From the NCBI GenBank assembly GCA_964291415.2, contig OZ219917.1:544001-608000 (forward strand): a DNA stretch of 64,000 bases, written 5' to 3'. Under the pieces are notes generated by a model that had not been told where the DNA came from, did no database searches, and worked only from the letters and a program-made list of their open reading frames with translations. The position numbers and the translations under genes are program-made. Shown here piece after piece: positions 34,080 to 43,065 of this stretch (position 1 is the first letter of the stretch; every line of letters begins with the position of its first letter). The stretch comes from Alphaproteobacteria bacterium (lineage in GTDB: Bacteria > Pseudomonadota > Alphaproteobacteria > SP197).

Positions 34080-35303
34080 CTATGCCGAGCCCCTGATCGC
34101 CGTCGCGTAGGCAGCGAGGTCCGAGGCGCTCATCCGAAGTTGTCGCGCTTTCTGTCGCCACCCGTCCAATGCGGCCGCGACCTCATCGATGATGGCATCG
34201 GCCCGGATCAGGTCCAGCGCGAAGTAGGGCGCAGCGGCGCGGGCCAGGTCCAGGTCGGCATCCGGCCCTTCTTCCGATATCCAAGTCGTCAGTTCCCGCG
34301 CCTTTTCGGTCAGCGGCACCGGGTTCAGGTCATAGGCCGGCGAAAGGCGCCACTTGTTGTCGTGATCGTACAGGAAGCCATGGTTGCGGAGGTGGTCGTC
34401 AAGATTGCCGATCATCACGTTGAAGACGATCCGCCTCCACAGCTCATGCAGGTCTTCGGTCGGCGCGCTCGAATACATCCTGATGACTTCTGCGATATCC
34501 GTGTAGGTCGCTTCGTCGCCGTCGCTGAGCCCGAGCAGGGTCATGGCGGAAATGAACGGGATTCTTCGGTCTTCATCGCGGTCGAACCGCGTGATCAGAG
34601 ACACCGGCCGACCGGCCACGTTCAGCAGTGTTGCCTGGGCAACATCGATGCCCGCGGCGGCGGCGAGTGTCATCGCAAGGACCTCGCCATGCGGGATGCT
34701 GCGATCGTCGTCGTTCTTCGGAAACTTGGCGATCGCCAGGCGATCGTCATTGTCGATGACGGCGGACTTGGGGCGAGCGCCACCGAGCGGCGAGCCCTCG
34801 TTCAGCAGAAGTCTCAGGTCTTCGGCGGTTTCGGTGTTGGACAGGACCGCATCGGCGGCGTTGAGGAGTGCCGGTAGCCGGATCAGGGGCGGCACACGGT
34901 AGCGGCCGATGTCGTGGTCGAAGGTCTCTTCGCCTTCCCGGCGGTACCGGAGCGCGCCGATTCTCGTCCGATCGTTGATGGCGAGGAGATAGTCGATCTC
35001 GGACAGGGCGCGCTGCTCGCCGGCCTTGCGAAAAGCACGTCGTATCAGTTGCTGGCCCCAGCGGTCCGGGGCGGTGTCGCGCAGCGCACCGGGTAATGCC
35101 GACTTGCCGGAGGAGGTATACATCTGCCGGCGTTCCAGCGGCAGGTTCGCCGGATCCAGGGCGAATGCATCGGTGCGGTCGCGCCACGCGTCGGCGTACT
35201 CGAAGACCGAGCTTTGGCCATGTCGCCTGGCGACGTAATGGCACCGGCCGACGAAATGTGTCTCTCCGTTATCGTCGACAAAGACCTCGATGGTGTCAGT
35301 CAT
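34080..35303 (-). CDS. hipA: HipA-family toxin (Ser/Thr kinase)
   Basis: DTAPDRWG, GGARPK P-loop, IAKFP, NLDDHLRNHGFL, LSPAYDLNP. Confidence 0.93.
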   Translation of the reverse strand: MTDTIEVFVDDNGETHFVGRCHYVARRHGQSSVFEYADAWRDRTDAFALDPANLPLERRQMYTSSGKSALPGALRDTAPDRWGQQLIRRAFRKAGEQRALSEIDYLLAINDRTRIGALRYRREGEETFDHDIGRYRVPPLIRLPALLNAADAVLSNTETAEDLRLLLNEGSPLGGARPKSAVIDNDDRLAIAKFPKNDDDRSIPHGEVLAMTLAAAAGIDVAQATLLNVAGRPVSLITRFDRDEDRRIPFISAMTLLGLSDGDEATYTDIAEVIRMYSSAPTEDLHELWRRIVFNVMIGNLDDHLRNHGFLYDHDNKWRLSPAYDLNPVPLTEKARELTTWISEEGPDADLDLARAAAPYFALDLIRADAIIDEVAAALDGWRQKARQLRMSASDLAAYATAIRGSA

Positions 35304-35635
35304 GACTGTGACCGGGAGCGGCGCCGCGGTTGCACCTTCCTGGGCAGTCGATCCTCGTCGATGTCCAGTCCAAGGGAGTCGTCGCGGCGGTCGGCCGTTT
35401 GGCCGAGACGGTCAGCGAGCCCCAGGATGGCCAAAACTGTTGCGTAGATGCCGATCGAGACCGACGGGTCACCGCGTTCGACCTTGTAGAGGGTGCCACG
35501 GCTGATGAATGCGCGTTCGGCCATGGAAACGGTCGAGAGGCGACGTTTCTTGCGGGCGACCGCGATGTCTGCGCCCAGCTTGGCGAGGGCCCGTTTGGCT
35601 GCTCTGGGCAGCGCATGTGTCGCCTGTGTTCTCAT
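35300..35635 (-). CDS. XRE-family HTH antitoxin (HipB-like)
   Basis: ARKKRRLSTVSMAERAFISRGTLYKVERGDPSVS HTH; ATGA-coupled to hipA. Confidence 0.88.
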   Translation of the reverse strand: MRTQATHALPRAAKRALAKLGADIAVARKKRRLSTVSMAERAFISRGTLYKVERGDPSVSIGIYATVLAILGLADRLGQTADRRDDSLGLDIDEDRLPRKVQPRRRSRSQS

Positions 35636-35639
35636 CGCA

Positions 35640-35727
35640 TGTCTTATTCAATGAGCAATAAAGGCTCATATTGTTCACTATATAAGACAAGTTGGAAATC
35701 GGTCAACAAACTTCCGAACTTGACCGC
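35640..35727. promoter_or_regulatory. AT-rich promoter/operator region of the HTH-hipA operon
   Basis: Inverted repeats TGTCTTAT(35640-47)/ATAAGACA(35682-89), ATGAGC(35651-56)/GCTCAT(35664-69), CGGTCAA/TTGACCG (about 35700-35726). Confidence 0.55.
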
Positions 35728-36018
35728 GGCCGCATGAGGAAGACCATCCCACAGGCCAAGCACCACGTCGTCTGGTGTGTCGCATTGCTGGGCCGGGGGA
35801 AGGACGAGACGACCCGCTAGGAATCGGCCAGCCACTGCGAGCACCGCCGTCCGCGAGTCTGCGTTTCAGGGCGGACTCGGGCACATGTTCGAGCAACCGA
35901 CCACTGCTTGAGGGTCGCCAGAACCCGGTCCGTCATGGACGTCGTCCTTCCTGTCCATCGTTCCGGCTGACCGCTACCATGGGCATAGTGTTCGCCCTTT
36001 GTCATGCCGGGAGGCCCG

Positions 36019-36855
36019 ATGTCGCTGACCCTGACCCCGCTTTCGCCAGCGCTGGGCGTCGAGATTGCCGGAGTCGACCTCGCCCGGCCGATCGACGGCA
36101 GGACGGCGGCGGCCTTGCGCGATGCGTTCCGGGAACGCCATCTGCTTTTGCTGCGCGACCAGGAGATCGACGGGGACGCCCAGATCCGTTTCGCGACGCT
36201 GTTCGGCCCCGTGTCGCGCCGCGGCGCCTACATGAAGGACCGCGATTTCACCCACGTCTCCAACGTGCGCGAGGGCGGCATTCTGGGTTCAGGCGTTCTG
36301 CGCTTCCATTCGGACCATACCTTCTTCCGTCATCCTCTCAGGGCGATCTGCCTCTACGCCATCGAGATTCCGCCTTCGGGCGGCGACACGCTGTTCGCCA
36401 ACGCGGCGGCGGCCTACGCCAACCTTCCCGACGGGCTGAGGCGACGCATCGCGGACCGCCAGTCGCTCCAGCTCTTCGACTACGGCGGCGACTACAACCG
36501 TCGAGTCCTCGAACGCGACGCCGCGCCCGATGCGCCGCGCTGCTGGCATCCGCTGACGCTCGAGGACGGTGCGGGCCGCATGGTGCTCTTCATGCACGCC
36601 CACACCACCGCTGCCGTCGACGGGCTGAGCGACGCCGAGACCGACGCGCTGATCGAGGAACTGGTGGCCTACATCGCCGACCCCGCCGTCGGTTATCGCC
36701 ACGCCTGGCGGCCGGGCGACGTGATCGTCTGGAACAACATCACGCTGCAGCACGCCCGCACCGACTTCGACGCGCGCACCCGCCGCACCTTGCGCCGCGT
36801 CCCGATCGCCGTCAGCGAGGCCGAGGCGCGGGACGAGACGGCGACGGCGGCCTGA
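36019..36855 (+). CDS. TauD/TfdA-family Fe(II)/2-oxoglutarate dioxygenase
   Basis: LTPLSPALGVEIAGVDL, FHSD (HxD), GGDTLFAN, WRPGDVIVWNN..LQHAR; GGAGG RBS. Confidence 0.92.
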   Translation: MSLTLTPLSPALGVEIAGVDLARPIDGRTAAALRDAFRERHLLLLRDQEIDGDAQIRFATLFGPVSRRGAYMKDRDFTHVSNVREGGILGSGVLRFHSDHTFFRHPLRAICLYAIEIPPSGGDTLFANAAAAYANLPDGLRRRIADRQSLQLFDYGGDYNRRVLERDAAPDAPRCWHPLTLEDGAGRMVLFMHAHTTAAVDGLSDAETDALIEELVAYIADPAVGYRHAWRPGDVIVWNNITLQHARTDFDARTRRTLRRVPIAVSEAEARDETATAA

Positions 36856-36892
36856 CCGGAACGCGGGGCGCGGGCACACAGGAGGAGGAACC

Positions 36893-36946
36893 ATGGCCGG
36901 ACCCGTCGTCGAGACCCGGATTGCCCGGGAAGGCAAGTCTCCTTGA
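36893..36946 (+). other. 17-codon mini-ORF with strong RBS (probable deletion scar)
   Basis: AGGAGGAGG-AACC-ATG, MAGPVVETRIAREGKSP*; TGA overlaps the TTG start of the next SDR. Confidence 0.45.
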
Positions 36947-37716
36947 GCGGCGGGCGATTCGCCGGAAAGTCCGCGATCGTCACCGGCGCGGCCGGCGGTA
37001 TCGGCCGGGCGACGGCGTTGCGCCTGGCTGCCGAGGGCGCCTCGGTGCTGGCCGTCGACGTCAAGCAGCCGGAGCTTCGCGAGACCGCCGCCATGGCCGG
37101 CGGGCGGGCTTTGCGCACGCTCGTTGCCGATGTCGCCGACCGCACCCAGCCCGGGCGCATCGTGAAGGAGGCCCTCGACGCCCACGGCAGGCTCGACCAT
37201 CTCGTCAACAATGCCGGCATCGGCGGCCGGGGCGGCGGTGTGCGCGAAGCGAGCGACGCGGACTGGGACGGCGTCCTCGACGTGAACCTCGGTTCCGTCT
37301 TTCGCATGTCGCGCGCCGCGCTCGAGCACCTGCCGCGGCCCGGCGGCAGGATCGTCCAGATCGCCTCCGTATTCGGTCTCGTCGGTTTCCCAGGCTCTGC
37401 CGCCTATGCCGCCGCCAAGGGCGCGGTCGCCCAGCTCACGCGCCAGATGGCCGCCGACCACGCCGCCGACGGCGTCAACATCAACGCCATCGCCCCCGGG
37501 GTGATCGACACGCCGATGACGGCGCGGAACATCCGGACGGACGCATGGTACCGGCAGGCCATGATCCGCAACACGCCCATGGGAGTTGGAGAGCCCGACG
37601 ACATCGCGGGCGTTGCGGCCTTTCTCCTGAGCGACGACGCCCGTTACATCAACGGCCAGGTCATTGCCGTCGACGGCGGCTGGCTGGCCACGCGATACTG
37701 GCCCAGGGATGACTGA
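36943..37716 (+). CDS. Short-chain dehydrogenase/reductase
   Basis: TGAAGGIG, NNAG, YAAAK, PGVIDTPM, VDGGW. Confidence 0.92.
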   Translation: MSGGRFAGKSAIVTGAAGGIGRATALRLAAEGASVLAVDVKQPELRETAAMAGGRALRTLVADVADRTQPGRIVKEALDAHGRLDHLVNNAGIGGRGGGVREASDADWDGVLDVNLGSVFRMSRAALEHLPRPGGRIVQIASVFGLVGFPGSAAYAAAKGAVAQLTRQMAADHAADGVNINAIAPGVIDTPMTARNIRTDAWYRQAMIRNTPMGVGEPDDIAGVAAFLLSDDARYINGQVIAVDGGWLATRYWPRDD

Positions 37717-37917
37717 AGCGATCGAGATCCAGCGCTTCCCGGGCCGGACGGCAGGGCGAGCCGCGGGCCGTGTCGCCACAACCGGGGTGGCGCGGGAGGG
37801 TCCCCTTGTCGGACTGGCGGACAGTCCCTATATTCCGGACCACGAAGCGCGGGCGAGGTCCATGTCCGCGACCGGGACCGGTGGTGACGGTCTCCGGTGA
37901 CGATGAGCGGATCATCC

Positions 37918-38214
37918 ATGAAGATTTCCATCACAGGTCATCAGACAGACGTCAGTGAAACGTTGCGCCATCACGTGGAGCAGACGCTCGGCAGTGCCAT
38001 CGACAAGTACTTCGCCGATTCGCTGAGCGCGCACGTGACGTTCTCGCGCGAGGCTCAAAACCACCGGGTGCACATCTCCGTCCATGTCGGACACGACATC
38101 AATGCCGAGGGGGATGGCGGTGCGCAGACGGCATCTGCCGCGTTCGGCAAGGCTATGGAACATGTCGCAAAGCAGCTCCGGCGCAACAAGCGGAAACTGC
38201 GCGAACATCACTGA
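37918..38214 (+). CDS. hpf: Ribosome hibernation promoting factor (short HPF/RaiA)
   Basis: MKISITGHQTDVSETLRHHV...KYF...KQLRRNKRKLREHH; directly upstream of ptsN. Confidence 0.9.
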   Translation: MKISITGHQTDVSETLRHHVEQTLGSAIDKYFADSLSAHVTFSREAQNHRVHISVHVGHDINAEGDGGAQTASAAFGKAMEHVAKQLRRNKRKLREHH

Positions 38215-38252
38215 CATGGCCGACGCCGTACTGCGCCGGTCCGGGTGACGGG

Positions 38253-38717
38253 ATGGAGATCTCCTCTCTGGTGAGACCTGACGGCGTGGTTCCACGCCTG
38301 CGGTCGGCCAGCAAGAAGCAGGTGCTCCAGGAACTGGCGCGCCATGCCTCGCGCATCATTGGCACCGATGAGCGGGTCATCTTCGATGCCCTTCTCGAAC
38401 GTGAACGACTGGGATCGACGGGAGTCGGGCTGGGAATCGCCATCCCCCATGCCAAGCTTCCCGGACTGCCTGGCCTCTATGGGGTCTTCGCACGTGCGAC
38501 GTCACCGATCGATTTCGATTCCGTGGACGAACAGCCCGTCGATCTCGTGTTCCTCCTTCTGGCGCCGGAAGATGCCGGTGCCGACCACCTCAAGGCTCTT
38601 GCCCGGGTGTCGCGTCTGCTGCGCAACCAGGACGTCTGCCAGAAACTCCGGGGCGCCGACAGCCAGGAAGCCATCTATGCCCTTCTGACCGAAGAGGAGA
38701 CGGGCCATCCGGCCTGA
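38253..38717 (+). CDS. ptsN: PTS nitrogen regulatory EIIA
   Basis: SKKQVLQEL, RERLGSTGVG.GIAIPH, DHLKALARVSR. Confidence 0.96.
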   Translation: MEISSLVRPDGVVPRLRSASKKQVLQELARHASRIIGTDERVIFDALLERERLGSTGVGLGIAIPHAKLPGLPGLYGVFARATSPIDFDSVDEQPVDLVFLLLAPEDAGADHLKALARVSRLLRNQDVCQKLRGADSQEAIYALLTEEETGHPA

Positions 38718-38723
38718 CCTGTC

Positions 38724-39164
38724 GTGCTGATTCACGGCACCTCGGTCGAAGTCAACGGTGCCGGACTCCTGTTGCGCGGTCCGCCGGGAAGCGGCAAGAG
38801 CGACCTCGCCCTGCGACTGATCAGCGAATGCGAAGCGCGGCTGGTGGCGGACGATCAGGTCGAGGTCAGTCTGCGGGATGGAATTCTGATGGCGCGGGCG
38901 CCGGAAAGCCTGGCGGGCATGATCGAGGTGCGGGGACTGGGAATCGCCAGGTTCGACCATCATCCGTCCTGGGCCGTCCACCTGGTCATCGAACTCTGCG
39001 ATTCCGTGGCGAGGTTTCCAGAACCCCGGCAGACCGTGATTGCGGGCTGCCCGCTGCCGGTCTGGCGGCTTCGTGCAAGCGAGGCATCGGCCGTGGCAAA
39101 GGTCATGCTGGCGGTGAAGGCGCTCCAGGGCACGGTGTCTCTCGACGGCGGTTTTGGTTGCTGA
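38724..39164 (+). CDS. hprK: HPr kinase/phosphorylase, short alphaproteobacterial form
   Basis: IHGTSV, GPPGSGKSDLAL, LVADD, IEVRGLGI. Confidence 0.88.
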   Translation: MLIHGTSVEVNGAGLLLRGPPGSGKSDLALRLISECEARLVADDQVEVSLRDGILMARAPESLAGMIEVRGLGIARFDHHPSWAVHLVIELCDSVARFPEPRQTVIAGCPLPVWRLRASEASAVAKVMLAVKALQGTVSLDGGFGC

Positions 39165-39246
39165 ATGCCGGGCCTCTTGTGTAATGGGTGGCATGCCCTC
39201 TGGAGGGGGATGAAGGCGTGACATGGTGCAATCCGGCGGGTGACGC

Positions 39247-39651
39247 ATGATCGGCGTGGTGCTTGTGACCCACGGCCGGCTGGCGGACGAGTTCGTCGCC
39301 GCCATCAGGCATATCGTGGGCGACCAGGAGAACATGACGGCGATCTCGATCGGTCCCGACGACGACATGAAGCAGCGTCGTGCCGACATCGTCGAGGCGG
39401 TTGCCGGCGTCGACACCGGTTCGGGGGTCATCATCCTCACGGACATGTTCGGCGGTACGCCGTCCAATCTCGCGATCTCGGTCATGAATCCAGGAAAGGT
39501 GGAGGTCATCGCCGGCGTCAACCTGCCGATGCTGGTCCGTCTGGCGTCGGTTCGCCGGAACGCCACCGTCGAGGAGGCCGTTGCCGCCGCGCAGGAAGCG
39601 GCCCGGCGTTACATCAACGTCGCCAGCAGCCTCCTCAAGACCGAATCGTGA
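39247..39651 (+). CDS. PTS EIIA mannose/fructose-type (ManX-like)
   Basis: MIGVVLVTHG, LTDMFGGTPSN, GVNLPML. Confidence 0.93.
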   Translation: MIGVVLVTHGRLADEFVAAIRHIVGDQENMTAISIGPDDDMKQRRADIVEAVAGVDTGSGVIILTDMFGGTPSNLAISVMNPGKVEVIAGVNLPMLVRLASVRRNATVEEAVAAAQEAARRYINVASSLLKTES

Positions 39652-39935
39652 CCACCGGTGCCTCTCCTGACGCCATGCGCCGCCGCTTCACCATTCTCAA
39701 CGAGCGGGGGCTGCATGCCCGGGCGGCGGCGCGCTTTGTCGCTGCACTCGACATCTTCAGCGCAACCGTCGAGGTGGAAAAGGACGGCATGAAGGTGTCC
39801 GGAAGGTCGATCATGGGGCTCATGATGCTGGGTGCCGCCATCGGCACGACCATCGAGGTTGAGGCGCGTGGCGACGACGCCGGAGCCGCCCTCGACGCCC
39901 TCGGGAGACTCGTCGGGAACCGGTTCGATGAATAG
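39648..39935 (+). CDS. ptsH: Phosphocarrier HPr/NPr
   Basis: NERGLHARAAARFV and SIMGLMMLGA; start uncertain (GTG 39648 or ATG 39675). Confidence 0.9.
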   Translation: MTTGASPDAMRRRFTILNERGLHARAAARFVAALDIFSATVEVEKDGMKVSGRSIMGLMMLGAAIGTTIEVEARGDDAGAALDALGRLVGNRFDE

Positions 39936-41685
39936 GAGAATCGGTCTCGAACTGTCTGGTCTGGGGATTGCGCCGGGCATCGCCATCGGGCCGGCCTACG
40001 TCGTCGAGAGCGGCGCCCTCGAAGTTCCGGTCCACGAGATTGGCGAGGATCAGGTGACTGCGGAAATCGGCCGGTTCCACGATGCCGTGGCCCGCGGACG
40101 CGAGCAGCTGGCCGTGCTCTCGCAAAAGGCCCGAACACTGCACGGAAGCGCCGCCGAGGAACTCGAGTACCTGCTTGTCGCGCACAGCCGCATGCTGGAG
40201 GGTTCGCGGCTGGTCCGGGGTGTCGAGGAGCGGGTCCGTGGCCAGCGCCTCAACGCCGAGGCTGCGGTTTCCCAGGAGGTCGGCGACATCGTCCGGGCGT
40301 TCGAGGACATGAACGACAGCTATCTCGCCGAACGCAGCAAGGACGTGCGCGACGTCGGCAAGCGCCTGCTGCACAACCTGATGGCCGCTCCATACCGCGC
40401 CCTCACCGACCTTGCCCCGGGCACGGTTGTCGTGGCTGACGAACTCACGCCCGCCGACACCGCACTCCTCGACCCGCGCCGTGTTGCGGGGTTCGTGACG
40501 GCGTCGGGTGGCGCCCAGGATCACACCGGCATCCTCGCCCGGTCCCTCGGCCTTCCCGCCGTGGTCGCCACCGGAGAACTGCTCGGGAACGTGGCGAGCG
40601 GTGATCGCGTGATTGTCGATGGCGGCACCGGTGCCGTGGTGATCAATCCCGGTGCCGGCTCTGAAGAGGCCTACGAGAGACGCCGCGGCGAACTCCGTCT
40701 GCAGGCCCGCAAGCTCCGCCGCCTGCGCGATGTCCCGGCGGTCTCTCGCGACCAGGTCCGCATAGGCCTCCTGGCCAACGTGGAACTCGCCAACGAGATT
40801 GATCCCGCCCTCGACCACGGTGCCGAAGGCATTGGCCTCTTCCGGACCGAGTACCTCTTTCTCAACCGCGACACCATCCCCGACGAGGACGAGCAGTACG
40901 TTCACCTCGCCAATGTCGTCGAGCGCATGGCCGGCCGTACCGTGACCATCCGGACCCTTGATGCCGGCAACGACAAGCTACCCTACTCTCTCGGCGAACC
41001 GGTCGGCGCCGGCGCAAATCCCGCCATGGGACTGCGGGCCATCCGCCTGTCTCTCAAGTTCGGCGATCTCCTCGAAAACCAGCTGGCCGCCATCCTGCGC
41101 GCAGGCGCCCATGGCAGGGTGCGAATCCTGCTGCCGATGATCTCCACGATCTCGGAGGTGCGCCAGGTCCGCAAGGTGAGAGACAGGGTGGCCGAACGGT
41201 TGGCGAGGGCGGGTGTGGCCATTGCCGATCCGTTGCCTCCGGTCGGTATCATGATCGAGATTCCCGGCGCCGCGCTGGCGGCTGATTCCCTGGCCGGGGA
41301 AAGCGACTTCTTCTCGATCGGCACGAATGATCTCACCATGTACACGCTCGCCATCGACCGCGGTGACGACCAGGTGGCCCATCTCTACAATCCACTTCAT
41401 CCGGCGGTGCTGCGGCTCATCCAGTTCACCACCGCGGCCGCCGGACGCGCCGGCATCGACGTCAACGTGTGCGGCGAAATGGCGGGTGACGAGAGAATGA
41501 CGGCGATTCTCGTCGGTCTGGGGATTCGCGAACTGTCCATGGCCTCGTCCGGGGTGCCGCGGGTGAAGCAGCGCATCCGCAATCTCGACATCACCGAGGC
41601 CGTGCGGCGGACCGAGGCGATCATGGAACAGAACGACGCCGGCATGGTGGCAAGCCTGCTCGACGATTTCAACGCGCTGGCCTGA
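39928..41685 (+). CDS. ptsI: PEP-protein phosphotransferase Enzyme I, no N-terminal GAF domain
   Basis: GIAIG, HTGILARS, GIGLFRTE, NPAMGLRAIR, SIGTNDL, CGEMAGD. Confidence 0.93.
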   Translation: MNRRIGLELSGLGIAPGIAIGPAYVVESGALEVPVHEIGEDQVTAEIGRFHDAVARGREQLAVLSQKARTLHGSAAEELEYLLVAHSRMLEGSRLVRGVEERVRGQRLNAEAAVSQEVGDIVRAFEDMNDSYLAERSKDVRDVGKRLLHNLMAAPYRALTDLAPGTVVVADELTPADTALLDPRRVAGFVTASGGAQDHTGILARSLGLPAVVATGELLGNVASGDRVIVDGGTGAVVINPGAGSEEAYERRRGELRLQARKLRRLRDVPAVSRDQVRIGLLANVELANEIDPALDHGAEGIGLFRTEYLFLNRDTIPDEDEQYVHLANVVERMAGRTVTIRTLDAGNDKLPYSLGEPVGAGANPAMGLRAIRLSLKFGDLLENQLAAILRAGAHGRVRILLPMISTISEVRQVRKVRDRVAERLARAGVAIADPLPPVGIMIEIPGAALAADSLAGESDFFSIGTNDLTMYTLAIDRGDDQVAHLYNPLHPAVLRLIQFTTAAAGRAGIDVNVCGEMAGDERMTAILVGLGIRELSMASSGVPRVKQRIRNLDITEAVRRTEAIMEQNDAGMVASLLDDFNALA

Positions 41686-41754
41686 GGCGGTGGACGGCTC
41701 CGCAGGTCTCTGGTAAGCGGGGCGCCCGCCCGGGTGGAAGAGATGGCATCAGTC

Positions 41755-43056
41755 ATGACACAGGACACGGACTACCGGGTTGCCGACATCGGTCAGGCAG
41801 CCTGGGGACGCAAGGAAATCGACATCGCCGAAGGTGAAATGCCGGGGCTGATGGCGCTGCGCAGAACCTACGGCGACACCAGGCCCCTGGACGGCGCCCG
41901 CATCACCGGATGTCTCCACATGACCATCCAGACGGCGGTTCTGATCGAGACGTTGTGCCACCTGGGCGCCGAAGTCCGCTGGTCGTCATGCAACATCTTT
42001 TCGACGCAGGACCATGCCGCCGCGGCGATGGCGGAGGCCGGGGTACCGGTCTTCGCCTGGAAGGGAGAAACGGAGGAGGAATACTGGTGGTGCATCGACC
42101 GTACGGTCGAGGGTCCCGACGGCTGGGCACCCAACATGCTGCTCGATGACGGCGGCGACCTGACCAAGGTGATGCATGACAGGTATGCCGGCATGCTCGA
42201 GCACATCCACGGTGTCAGCGAGGAGACGACCACCGGCGTTGCCCGCCTCCACCAGATGGCGTCGGCCGACGAACTCGCGGTGCCTGCATTCGATGTCAAC
42301 AGCTCGGTGACCAAGTCGAAGTTCGACAATGTCTATGGGGCCCGCGAGAGCCTGGTGGACGGCATTCGCCGCGCCACCGATGTCATGCTGGCGGGCAAGG
42401 TCGCCGTGGTGGCCGGCTACGGCGGTGTCGGCAAGGGTTCGGCCCAGTCGCTCCAGGGAGCCGGGGCCCGCGTCGTGGTGACCGAGGTCGATCCGATTTG
42501 CGCCCTCCAGGCGGCCATGGACGGCTTCCAGGTCGTCTCCATGGACGCCGCCGCGCCGGAGGCGGACATCTTCGTGACGGCGACAGGCAACGTCGACGTC
42601 ATCACCATGGACCACATGCGGGCGATGAAGGACCGTGCGATTGTGTGCAATATCGGGCACTTCGACAACGAGATCGATGTCCAGTCGCTGCGCAATCTCC
42701 GGTGGACCAACATCAAGCCCCAGGTTGACGAGATTGCCTTTCCCGATGGCAAGAAGATCATCCTGCTGGCCGAGGGGAGACTGGTCAATCTGGGCTGTGC
42801 CACCGGCCACCCGAGCTTTGTCATGAGCGCCAGTTTCACCAACCAGGTTCTCGCCCAGATCGAATTGTGGACCGAACGCGACAACGGCACCTATGCCGTC
42901 GGAGTCCATGTTCTTCCCAGGCATCTCGACGAACAGGTGGCCAGGCTCCATCTTGACAAGGTGGGGGCGCAGCTGACGACCCTCACCCCGTGTCAGGCGG
43001 ACTACATCGGTGTCGATCAGGCCGGTCCCTTCAAGACTGACGACTACCGATACTGA
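41755..43056 (+). CDS. ahcY: Adenosylhomocysteinase
   Basis: [50 protein letters not shown]. Confidence 0.98.
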   Translation: MTQDTDYRVADIGQAAWGRKEIDIAEGEMPGLMALRRTYGDTRPLDGARITGCLHMTIQTAVLIETLCHLGAEVRWSSCNIFSTQDHAAAAMAEAGVPVFAWKGETEEEYWWCIDRTVEGPDGWAPNMLLDDGGDLTKVMHDRYAGMLEHIHGVSEETTTGVARLHQMASADELAVPAFDVNSSVTKSKFDNVYGARESLVDGIRRATDVMLAGKVAVVAGYGGVGKGSAQSLQGAGARVVVTEVDPICALQAAMDGFQVVSMDAAAPEADIFVTATGNVDVITMDHMRAMKDRAIVCNIGHFDNEIDVQSLRNLRWTNIKPQVDEIAFPDGKKIILLAEGRLVNLGCATGHPSFVMSASFTNQVLAQIELWTERDNGTYAVGVHVLPRHLDEQVARLHLDKVGAQLTTLTPCQADYIGVDQAGPFKTDDYRY

Positions 43057-43065
43057 TGGCGCGGC

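Noticed and set aside
35733-35910. Short ORF containing KHHVVWCV, reminiscent of IS200/IS605 TnpA (YHxVWxxKYR)
   Set aside because: No KYR, HUH or catalytic Tyr motifs follow; the similarity is too short to support.
41686-41754. Possible SAH riboswitch upstream of ahcY
   Set aside because: Only about 70 bp, and lacks the GAGGAGCG...CAGGCTC...CGCTC core I would expect; an Rfam scan would settle it.
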